64,000 nucleotides of DNA. Source: Poseidonia sp. GTDB lineage: Archaea; Thermoplasmatota; Poseidoniia; Poseidoniales; Poseidoniaceae. The DNA is taken from positions 294,102 through 358,101 of the forward strand of contig JAYQVP010000001.1 of the NCBI GenBank assembly GCA_038148515.1. The letters run 5' to 3'. Shown piece by piece: positions 1 through 8,192 of this stretch. The stretch's first letter is position 1. Each line of letters opens with the position of its first letter. A model generated the notes under the pieces. The model did no database searches and was not told the DNA's origin. It was given only the letters and a program-made list of their open reading frames with translations. The position numbers and the translations under genes are program-made.

Positions 1-1410
1 CGAGGCATCAGTGAGGCTTTCTAGCAGGTCGCTTGCCCACCAGTCGCGTGAATAGCCGGCGGGAACCAAGTGTTTGTTGTTCTCGAGAAATTCACCGTAA
101 CCAATCACCAATTCCCCGTTGTCCCACACCTGCTTCACTTGAGGACGCAAAGGAACAAAGTCGGCGGGCTCATCGATGCGTAGGAAGGACCCGTCATCGA
201 GCACGACCCACGGCCCTTCTGCTTCATCGCAAGGCGTTATAGCGCAGGCTTTTCCCGGACGCTCAATTTTCATCTGTGTCCCGATGGTGATGAAATCGTC
301 CAACGCCAACATCGTGGTCGTATTGGTGGAAGCAGCGGCTAGACCGGAAGGGCGCGCCCGGCCGTAACGCAAGCGGAAACCACCGGCTTGCAAGGGGCCA
401 CCGAAGACGGGGCGCCCAGCGATGATATCGTTCATGAATTTCGTGATCGGCTTGATCTGTTGGCTCTTGAAGCCCCCTTTGCCACCCCCTTCGCTGGCTT
501 TGCCTTTGGAAGCGAAGGTAGCGATGAAGTCCCAACCAGGGACCTTCATTCGCTCGGTGTGTTTCTGGATTTTGGGGGCTTTCAAGCACATGCCTTCGCC
601 GATGACGAGAAGAACACCGCCACGGATTCGGGCTTCGTCGATGTTGCGTACATTGCCGTAACCAGCGCACTCGATCCGCTCGGTGGATTCGCCGTTGATC
701 ATCACCGGACAGGCGCGGACGATGTCATCGATTTCTTCAGGTGAAGGACGATACTGCAAATTCCCACGGTACAATCCAAATTCTTCCTTCACTCGCTCCA
801 CCTCGGGGTCGGTGGGTTGGTAAGGCCCGACGTTCATCTCCCGCCGAATCATGTCAGCGATGAGCACGGCCAAGGCTTGAGCCGTACCGCCGGCAGCGCG
901 AATAGGTCCAGCGAAGTGCACGGAAACAAATTGAGAACCATCGACGTTGTTGAGCAAGCGAACCTCGCTGATGCCCTCAAGAGGAGCGACGAGTACAGCC
1001 TCGGTCAAGACCGCTAGGCCCACGCGAAGACCGACATCGATGGATTTCTCCAAATCAAAACCTTTCTCGCGGAAACCACGGGCGACGGATTGGGCGATCA
1101 TGATGGAAGTGGTTTCGCGATCGTGTTGGGCAAGCAATTGCCGGATTTCTTCGGCCACCTCGTACCCTTCGAGATGGTCGATCAGCAACTTTTCAGTTCG
1201 CCCAGCAAGGTCGGATGCTCGAGGGATCTCAACGCGAGTTTTGTGGTCCAAACCCTTGCTTCGTGCTCGTTCAGCGATGGCATAGGCTTCATCCGCCCGC
1301 TCGTCCAACCACTGGTGGTAGGCCGTCATCTCTCCCTCAAGGCGTTCCAAATCAAGCCCGAGCAGTGGGTTGTGCTCGGCTAAGGAGGATTTGGAAGGAG
1401 GGGCGCTCAT
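1..1410 (-). CDS. polC: DNA polymerase II (PolD) large subunit DP2, N-terminal part; runs off the left edge
   Basis: Not in the ORF track. Manual translation of the minus strand from ATG at 1410 gives MSAPPSKSSL...AIAERARSKGLDHKTRVEIPRASDLAGRTEKLL...GLAVLTEAVLVAPLEGI...FAGPIRAAGGTAQAL...IIAGRPVF...GGFRLRYGRAR...GTQMKIERPGK...GYGEFLENN, all conserved DP2 motifs. Confidence 0.95.
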   Translation of the reverse strand, partial: MSAPPSKSSLAEHNPLLGLDLERLEGEMTAYHQWLDERADEAYAIAERARSKGLDHKTRVEIPRASDLAGRTEKLLIDHLEGYEVAEEIRQLLAQHDRETTSIMIAQSVARGFREKGFDLEKSIDVGLRVGLAVLTEAVLVAPLEGISEVRLLNNVDGSQFVSVHFAGPIRAAGGTAQALAVLIADMIRREMNVGPYQPTDPEVERVKEEFGLYRGNLQYRPSPEEIDDIVRACPVMINGESTERIECAGYGNVRNIDEARIRGGVLLVIGEGMCLKAPKIQKHTERMKVPGWDFIATFASKGKASEGGGKGGFKSQQIKPITKFMNDIIAGRPVFGGPLQAGGFRLRYGRARPSGLAAASTNTTTMLALDDFITIGTQMKIERPGKACAITPCDEAEGPWVVLDDGSFLRIDEPADFVPLRPQVKQVWDNGELVIGYGEFLENNKHLVPAGYSRDWWASDLLESLTDAS

Positions 1411-1503
1411 CGTTGTTCAGCCAACCTAACCTTGACGACGACCCTTTATCATCCGCGCGGTGGCAGGGTTTGCTTGCTGTGGATAGGAAGGAAAGTTCAT
1501 GTC

Positions 1504-2124
1504 ATGTCCCTCCGAGTCAACAGCATGACGGTTCACGACGATGTGCGCAACCATCCGTCGTGGCCACGCCTCGCTCGCTTGGTCAACGAACTGGCCTTTC
1601 TGGACGGCGGGAGCGATGATGCCTTTACGCTCGCCAGCGGTAAGCATTCGCGTTGGTTCTTTGACACGAAACCCGTGATGATGCACCCCGAAGCCGGCCA
1701 ACTGCTAGGGACGTTGCTGAACATTCGCCTCCAATCGCTGGGTGCGGCTTTTGTCGGGGGCTTGGAGTTGGGTGCTGTCCCCCTCACGGCGTTGGTGATT
1801 GGCTCGTCCGATGCTTCACCGGATCTCCGCGGCTTTATGGTGCGAAAATCAGCCAAAGGCCGAGGTGGTCGGAAAACCAACAACCCGCCCGGCATCGAAG
1901 GATCATCCCTCGCAGGGGGCGGGCCCACCGTGATCGTGGAAGATGTGACCACGACGGGAGGTTCTTCCATTCTCGCCGCCCAGCGTTTGGAAGCCGAGAC
2001 CGATTGCCGCGTTGTGGCGGTGATCAGCATCGTTGACAGGGAGGAAGGAGCTGCTGAGGCCTTTGCCGAGGCGGGGCTTCACTTCGAGAGCCTGCTGACA
2101 CGAAGCGACGTCGTCGAAGCATGA
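1504..2124 (+). CDS. pyrE: Orotate phosphoribosyltransferase
   Basis: FTLASGKHS, GGLELGAVP, VRK and the PRPP-binding VEDVTTTGGS, plus IVDREEG. The start is uncertain; there are several nearby ATGs. Confidence 0.9.
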   Translation: MSLRVNSMTVHDDVRNHPSWPRLARLVNELAFLDGGSDDAFTLASGKHSRWFFDTKPVMMHPEAGQLLGTLLNIRLQSLGAAFVGGLELGAVPLTALVIGSSDASPDLRGFMVRKSAKGRGGRKTNNPPGIEGSSLAGGGPTVIVEDVTTTGGSSILAAQRLEAETDCRVVAVISIVDREEGAAEAFAEAGLHFESLLTRSDVVEA

Positions 2125-2133
2125 GGGAAGCGC

Positions 2134-3417
2134 ATGCATCGCGTGATTAAGCCCAACACCGTCGACGATGACGGCTTGCTTGAACACGCCCATGATGCCA
2201 CGGCTCCCGAAGGCGTCTTGTTCTATCATGCCAACGAAGGTCAGCCGTTGGCCACCCCGTGGCAAGTCGCCAGTTTGCGGGCCATGATGCTTCGTGAGCA
2301 ACCGCTTGAGGAGGGGTGGATTCTCGACCCTGCATGCGGAAGCGGCATTCAACTGGCCGCATACGCAACCGTTCTGCAGCGACCCGTATTGGGGGTGGAA
2401 TTGGACCCCGACCGTGCTCGCGCAAGCGGGGTTAATCTGCGAACGATGGCTCATCACCACGGCGAAAAACAGGCCGATTGGATGGTGAACAGCACCATAG
2501 TGGCGGGCGATGGTACCGATCCGAGTGCCGTTCTAGCAGCCGTGGGCGATCGCGCTAAGCAACGGGTGGCGTTGCTCCACCTTGACCCGGCCCGGCCACG
2601 CAACAGCCGCGAACACAACCTCGATGAAATGCAACCCCCGCTACCGAACGTGCTCAAAGCGTGGGCGCCGTATCTCAACGATGTCTCCGGACGCGGGCCT
2701 GCACTGGTGTTGGACCTCTCACCTCGCCTGAGCGAACTTCAACGGTTGGAGGTGGAAGGCATCGTGACCGACATTTGGCCCGACCTTGCTATGACGTGGG
2801 AATGGACGTCACGGGGTCGCGGACGAGTGGACCGGTTGGCTCTGTGGTTGGGAGGTGCCAGCGACCCCAAGGCACTTCGTCGATTTGTTAGGGTACCTCA
2901 GCAACTTGGTACACAGCCGACTGTGTTGCGTTCCTTGGCCAACGTTGAGGCGCTCAAGGTCCGTGTGCATCCGCCTCAACGGGGCGAATTCGTGACGGTG
3001 GTAGATGCCGCACTCGTTGAGAGTGGTTTGGCTGCGGCCTGGTTGTCGATGGTCTCCAAGGAAAACGAGCATCGATGGGGTGAGATCGAAGGGCGACGCC
3101 CGCAAGTGCATCACCAACATCCGTTGCGAGTACCTCCCAATGAGGAACATCTCGTGCAGGCGAGCGGTCGCGTGGTGGAGTTGGTAAAATTCAACCTCGA
3201 CGAGTCAACCGTTGACGAGGTCGTTGCGATGGCCCTTGAGCACAAGTTGGCTTCGGTGAAATTGCGCGTGGAATTGGACCCTGCTCTTCATCCTCGCCTT
3301 CAGGGCTCACTTGACCGTCAACTCAGTCGCCGGCACGGCTCCAGGGACGGATTTCTCGTTCATCATCCGAGTCGTGACGTGATGCTGTTGTGCGTCCACC
3401 AACTTGATGAAGGTTGA
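2134..3417 (+). CDS. Class I SAM-dependent methyltransferase, probably RNA-acting
   Basis: ILDPACGSG (motif I), GVELD, and LHLDPARP (motif IV-like). Confidence 0.7.
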   Translation: MHRVIKPNTVDDDGLLEHAHDATAPEGVLFYHANEGQPLATPWQVASLRAMMLREQPLEEGWILDPACGSGIQLAAYATVLQRPVLGVELDPDRARASGVNLRTMAHHHGEKQADWMVNSTIVAGDGTDPSAVLAAVGDRAKQRVALLHLDPARPRNSREHNLDEMQPPLPNVLKAWAPYLNDVSGRGPALVLDLSPRLSELQRLEVEGIVTDIWPDLAMTWEWTSRGRGRVDRLALWLGGASDPKALRRFVRVPQQLGTQPTVLRSLANVEALKVRVHPPQRGEFVTVVDAALVESGLAAAWLSMVSKENEHRWGEIEGRRPQVHHQHPLRVPPNEEHLVQASGRVVELVKFNLDESTVDEVVAMALEHKLASVKLRVELDPALHPRLQGSLDRQLSRRHGSRDGFLVHHPSRDVMLLCVHQLDEG

Positions 3418-3539
3418 TGAACGATGAGAACACTCCCAATCTGAGGCTCAGTGGCGCGAATGTCATCATCGCGGTCTTGATATATGGGAGGTTGGTCGGA
3501 GGGATGCTTGACACTGTGGTGTGAACGTTAGGTGAGAAC

Positions 3540-4007
3540 ATGGCGCGACCGAAGGATGAGGACCTTGGTGATGATTTTTCATACATTCTGCGAATGGCAG
3601 ATACCGACATGGACGGCTTGAAGCCGTTGGCTACCGCATTGACCTCTGTCAAAGGCGTCGGTGCCCGCACCGCCATTCAAATTTGCAAGAACACCGGGTT
3701 TGACCCTGCACGCCTCGCCGGCTTCCTCTCCGCCGAGCAGCAAGAACAACTCCGCATCGCCATTGAAACCTACGCCGAGAGTGTCCCTCTATGGATGCTG
3801 AACCGCCAGCGCGATCTTGAAACCGGCTCCGAAATCCACCTCACCGGGCAACAGGTTCGCTTCTCTCTTCAGGATGACATCGAGCGACTGCGCACCATGA
3901 AATGCTACCGTGGTGTTCGACACGCTTCTGGCAACAAGGTCCGTGGTCAACGTGGACGCTCCAACGGCCGTGGTGGCCTGACCCTCGGTGTGAGCCGAAA
4001 GAAGTGA
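3540..4007 (+). CDS. rps13: 30S ribosomal protein uS13
   Basis: ALTSVKGVG, YRGVRH...VRGQRGRSNGR; GGTGA Shine-Dalgarno upstream; first gene of the S13-S4-S11-rpoD operon. Confidence 0.97.
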   Translation: MARPKDEDLGDDFSYILRMADTDMDGLKPLATALTSVKGVGARTAIQICKNTGFDPARLAGFLSAEQQEQLRIAIETYAESVPLWMLNRQRDLETGSEIHLTGQQVRFSLQDDIERLRTMKCYRGVRHASGNKVRGQRGRSNGRGGLTLGVSRKK

Positions 4008-4026
4008 TGAATAGGGGGATGAAACG

Positions 4027-4680
4027 ATGGGTGAACCAAAATTTTCTCGACCAAAATACGACACGCCCTCCCACCCTTGGAAGGCTGACAGAATCGAAGA
4101 AGAGCATGCTATTCAGGCCAATCACGGCTTGAAGAACATGAAGGAGATTTGGAAGGCCAAGTCCCAACTGCGACGACATCGACGTCAAGCCATGCGCCTC
4201 ATTGGTATGGTCGACACCTCCGAAGGTCATGGTAAGCGTGAGATGGAAGACCTGCTTCGTTCCCTCCACCACAAGGGCTTGATCCCTTCCGACGCCGGTC
4301 TTGGTGACATCCTGTCGCTGAGCACCGAAGACATGCTCAACCGACGCTTGCAAGCCCAGGTCTACTACAAGGGCCTCGCTTGTTCGATGAAGCAAGCTCG
4401 ACAACTGGTCACCCACGGCCAAATCTGCATCGGAGACCAAAAGGTGACCATCCCCTCCTACCATGTGAGCCGGGACGAGGAAGCCGAACTCCGGTATCAC
4501 CCACGCTCGGCGCTCAACGACCCCAACCACGCCATCCGCAAAGCCATCGAAGGCGTTCGAGAAGCTGCTCAATACGAAGATGGTGAGGAAGTGGACCCCG
4601 TGGCCACCCCGGAATTTGCTGAGGAAGTTCGTGAAGCTGGAGAAGCCTCAACCCAAGCCATTGAAGGAGGTGACGAGTGA
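4027..4680 (+). CDS. rps4: 30S ribosomal protein uS4 (archaeal type) with an acidic C-terminal extension
   Basis: [33 protein letters not shown]...[12 protein letters not shown]. Confidence 0.97.
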   Translation: MGEPKFSRPKYDTPSHPWKADRIEEEHAIQANHGLKNMKEIWKAKSQLRRHRRQAMRLIGMVDTSEGHGKREMEDLLRSLHHKGLIPSDAGLGDILSLSTEDMLNRRLQAQVYYKGLACSMKQARQLVTHGQICIGDQKVTIPSYHVSRDEEAELRYHPRSALNDPNHAIRKAIEGVREAAQYEDGEEVDPVATPEFAEEVREAGEASTQAIEGGDE

Positions 4681-5063
4681 TGTCTCGCAAGGCCATTGTC
4701 AACATCTTCAGTTCATACAACAACATTCTGATGACGGCCACCGATTTGACCGGTGCTGAAACCATCACAACCTGCAACGGTGGTGAAGTGGTGAAAGCTG
4801 GCAAGGACAAAGGCGGTCAATTTGCTGCCACTCGAGCGGCTGAACGCATGGCGGACGCTTTGAAAGATAAGGAATTCAACGAACTCATCGTCAAGTACCG
4901 TGCACCTGGCGGCAACCTCTCCAACAACACCGGGCCCGGTGCCCAAGCTGCCATCCGAGCGCTGACCCGCGCCGGTATGACCATCACTCGCATTGAAGAT
5001 GTAACGCCCATCGCTCACGACGGCACCAAGAAGAAAGGTGGCCGACGAGGTCGCCGCGTTTGA
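4680..5063 (+). CDS. rps11: 30S ribosomal protein uS11
   Basis: [45 protein letters not shown]. Confidence 0.97.
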   Translation: MSRKAIVNIFSSYNNILMTATDLTGAETITTCNGGEVVKAGKDKGGQFAATRAAERMADALKDKEFNELIVKYRAPGGNLSNNTGPGAQAAIRALTRAGMTITRIEDVTPIAHDGTKKKGGRRGRRV

Positions 5064-5078
5064 TTTGGGGGACTGACC

Positions 5079-6011
5079 ATGAAGACACAGATTGTAGAAG
5101 GCTGGCCACAAGGCCACGAAATTCGAATCCTCATCACCGAAACGGACTCTTCACAGGTCAACGCTATTCGCCGTGCACTCATCGCCGATGTGCCCAAACT
5201 CGCCATCACTCGTGTTGACTTCTCGCAAGGTGTGACTCAAGACAACAAAGGCGAAGTCGTTGAATCCGTGAACGTTCTTCCCGACGAAGTACTCGCTCAT
5301 CGCCTCGCCATGATCCCCATTCCCACCAACATGAACGAGGGGTTGGTCTTCCCCGACGAATGCGCCAACTGCATGGATGTTGTCGAGAAAGACAAAGGGT
5401 GCCCCAGCTGTCAAGTTCTCTACACCCTTTCAGCCCGTGGCCCCGCCACAGACGCTGATGAGGAATTCAAGACCGTGTACGCTGGCGATATCACAACGAT
5501 CTCCGACCCGGTGTTTGACATCCGAGACGAACACAAGCAAATCCCGCTCACCGTGTTGGCCAAGGGTCAATTCCTCGAATTTTACGCCTTTGCCGTCCTT
5601 GGGCGCGGGCGAAACCACGCCAAGTGGTCACCCGTGGCCGCCGTTGGGTTCCGTCCTCAATGCACCGCTGTTCTCAACAACGCCACGAAGGCCAAGGTTC
5701 TGTTCGACCTCGGCTTGAAGACCACCGATGGAACCCCTATCGATGCCAAATTGTTTGGCAAGGACAAGAAGGTCACGGACATCAACCACGTGATGGACCT
5801 CGAGAAGGCCCTTCACCAGGTGGGGCCCGGCACGGGACGTGAGAGCGACTTTGCAGAGGCCATCACCCTCGAGCCCGTCGACAACGCCTACGTGTTCTCG
5901 TACGAAACCGATGGAAGCCTCGACCCCGTCACCGCTTTCAACATGGCTCTTGGAGAGTTAAAGAACCGCTTTGACAACCTCAGTGAAGACGTGGCATCTG
6001 CACTTGCTTGA
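5079..6011 (+). CDS. rpoD: DNA-directed RNA polymerase subunit D (Rpo3)
   Basis: NAIRRALIADVP, DEVLAHRLAMIP, G.G..HAKWSP, ETDGSL; position after rps11. Confidence 0.95.
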   Translation: MKTQIVEGWPQGHEIRILITETDSSQVNAIRRALIADVPKLAITRVDFSQGVTQDNKGEVVESVNVLPDEVLAHRLAMIPIPTNMNEGLVFPDECANCMDVVEKDKGCPSCQVLYTLSARGPATDADEEFKTVYAGDITTISDPVFDIRDEHKQIPLTVLAKGQFLEFYAFAVLGRGRNHAKWSPVAAVGFRPQCTAVLNNATKAKVLFDLGLKTTDGTPIDAKLFGKDKKVTDINHVMDLEKALHQVGPGTGRESDFAEAITLEPVDNAYVFSYETDGSLDPVTAFNMALGELKNRFDNLSEDVASALA

Positions 6012-6045
6012 GCAGGTTCATGAGCCCGTGGCCCCAGGCAGGGGC

Positions 6046-7098
6046 ATGACCACCAGCACCCAAGTCCGTGCTGGAGGCCATATCACCCTGCTGTTTTCAG
6101 TGGAGAAGGACGCTCAACTTCTGCGCAATCAGGGCAGCGTTGGCGCTGGATTTTCAATTGAGCATGGGGTGGCATTAACCGGAACCCTCCATCGAACCGA
6201 CCGTTCCATCCGTCCACGCTCTGAAGGAGCCGAGCCTGAACCCAGAGAGGCCCCGTTTGCACCGATTGAGTCCTCCGTCGTTGTGCACGACCATCTTGGG
6301 GAGAAGGTGCAGGATGTCTCGTTGTACCTTGACATGATCGATGCGTGTCGACAAGCTACACTCCTACGACCGGATGAATGGTTGACCGTTGAGGTGGAGC
6401 TTGAATGTCCCGTCAGCCAAGGGTTTGGCATGTCGGCAGCAGGCCTCATGGCTTTGGGGCGTCTGATTCACGAATTGACCCAACGGGGTCGGTGGTTGCA
6501 GTACCTCAAGTTGGCGCACCGAATCGAACGCCAGCGAGGAGGCGGGCTTGGCGATGTGCTGGGCGGTTCGGTGGGTGGCATTGAGTTGCGAACCGCACCC
6601 GGCGCTCCGGGTTGGCCAGGGGCGGCGACGGGATTCGAGGCCTCATCTCCCGTTTTGTTGGTTTGGGACCCATCCGAATCCCGCCATACATCAACCTACA
6701 TCGACGACCCGACGTGGCAAGAACGTATCACCTCCGCCGGCCGGGCGAGCGTTCGCGTTCTTGCTGCGTCTCCATGGAACATCGACGCTTGGCCAACATT
6801 GTTGGAACAGTCTCGGATGTTTGCGACAGCGTCTGGACTGGTGGATGAAACGGCCCGAGCGCATGTGTACCGGGACGTGTTGGACGCCTTGTCCAGCTCG
6901 GGCCAAGCCGCTGTTTGGGCGGCGAGGTTATGCATGCTGGGCAGTTCTGTCGCCGTGTTGCCCAGACAACTCAACGCTGCCGGCAAGGAAGAGGATTTGC
7001 AACAGGTGGCCGTGTTGCTCGAAGAGCAAGGGTACGACGTGTTGGTTACGGCTCTGGCCGGCGTTACGACTCTGGATTCAGTCGGGAAAGATCGATAG
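6046..7098 (+). CDS. Pantoate kinase (GHMP kinase family)
   Basis: GHITLLF, GSVGAG, P...GFGMSAAG, AHRIE...GGLGDV, GG.ELR..PG.PG, MLG.SV. Confidence 0.8.
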   Translation: MTTSTQVRAGGHITLLFSVEKDAQLLRNQGSVGAGFSIEHGVALTGTLHRTDRSIRPRSEGAEPEPREAPFAPIESSVVVHDHLGEKVQDVSLYLDMIDACRQATLLRPDEWLTVEVELECPVSQGFGMSAAGLMALGRLIHELTQRGRWLQYLKLAHRIERQRGGGLGDVLGGSVGGIELRTAPGAPGWPGAATGFEASSPVLLVWDPSESRHTSTYIDDPTWQERITSAGRASVRVLAASPWNIDAWPTLLEQSRMFATASGLVDETARAHVYRDVLDALSSSGQAAVWAARLCMLGSSVAVLPRQLNAAGKEEDLQQVAVLLEEQGYDVLVTALAGVTTLDSVGKDR

Positions 7099-8098
7099 GA
7101 CTTGCATCCAACATCAGGACACCGGGCAGGAACAAGTTGGCGCAAAAGCCGTGGCGGAACATGATTGCTCCACTGCCCCACTCCTCGATGTATCGGTCCA
7201 TTTGTTTCTTCATTTTCTTTCGCTGGAATTCAACATCAGCCCCGTAGAAATGTTTGGCGTCAATCCACGCCACAGGTTCGCCGTTGATGTAGACATGGTC
7301 GAGGAACAACAGGTCGGGCGTGCGGACCGGGCGCCCCAACAACTCCGACTGTTCCTTGACCATCTCGGGCTGACGGCGCAGGCGAATACCTTTGGCCTCA
7401 AACCAATCAGCGAGGATGTCTTCAAACAAATCCGCCTTCAGTTGGGTTTCGCCTTGGTCGACGTTGGAGACGCGATCTGCGGCTTCGGCTGCTTCGAATT
7501 CTTGTCGCTCCCTCTCTTTTAATGCTGAAGGATTCCGCAATTTTTCTTTGATGGTGTTTTTTGACCATCCCATGGCTTCCAGCACGACGCGAAACACATT
7601 CATGGGAGGAAAATCGTAGATTTTTGATAATTCAACGACCGATTCACCCTCTCGATACCGTCGGGCCAATTCCTTTCCTTTCGAGCGAAGGCGATGGTGA
7701 GAATAGACGGTTTTTTGTTGGAGCAGGGCCGAACGAAGGGACAAGGCCTGGTCAAGCGTGATGTTTTCACCCCGCACCTGCCCCTCAATTTCTGCGACGC
7801 GAGCGTCTTCAAGCCACCCAAACTCGCCACGTTTCAACACCAGACCCGCCAACTTTTCCTCGGTCTTCAACGGAACGGGTTTGAGCGCCCATTCGAGATG
7901 AAACGTCTGGGGAGGGGTTTCATCCACGAAAAGAGCCATCGGCAACGGCGTTCGGTCAAAACGGGCTTCGGCTTTCGCACGCATCTGCTTGATGTCCTTC
8001 GCAAAACGCTCTTGCTGGGCTGCAATCGACGGCCCTCCATACCGTTTTGAGGACCCGCGACGAGACGATGAACGACTGGACCGTTGGTCTCGTGCCAT
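7064..8098 (-). CDS. TPD-motif PD-(D/E)xK nuclease, CDIN1/C15orf41-like
   Basis: C-terminal FEDIL...RTPDLLF...INGEPVAWIDAKHFYG...QMDRYIEEWGSGAIMFRHGF; HTH-like middle (ELSKIYDFPP); R/S-rich N-terminus. Confidence 0.75.
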   Translation of the reverse strand: MARDQRSSRSSSRRGSSKRYGGPSIAAQQERFAKDIKQMRAKAEARFDRTPLPMALFVDETPPQTFHLEWALKPVPLKTEEKLAGLVLKRGEFGWLEDARVAEIEGQVRGENITLDQALSLRSALLQQKTVYSHHRLRSKGKELARRYREGESVVELSKIYDFPPMNVFRVVLEAMGWSKNTIKEKLRNPSALKERERQEFEAAEAADRVSNVDQGETQLKADLFEDILADWFEAKGIRLRRQPEMVKEQSELLGRPVRTPDLLFLDHVYINGEPVAWIDAKHFYGADVEFQRKKMKKQMDRYIEEWGSGAIMFRHGFCANLFLPGVLMLDASPIDLSRLNPES

Positions 8099-8192
8099 GT
8101 GCGTTGGGCGTTGGCGACACTCAATGAAGCCTCGCACCAGCACCTGCACCGCTGCACGCATCATTGATAACGGAAATCTGTGTCCTCAAGGC

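Noticed and set aside
33..1383. Several short plus-strand ORFs in the ORF track
   Set aside because: They are shadows of polC on the minus strand, which the track missed because it lacks an in-window stop.
3405..3480. TGATGA...CTGA motifs suggesting a C/D-box sRNA before rps13
   Set aside because: The boxes overlap the upstream stop region, and I could not identify a proper C-D'-C'-D arrangement or guide.
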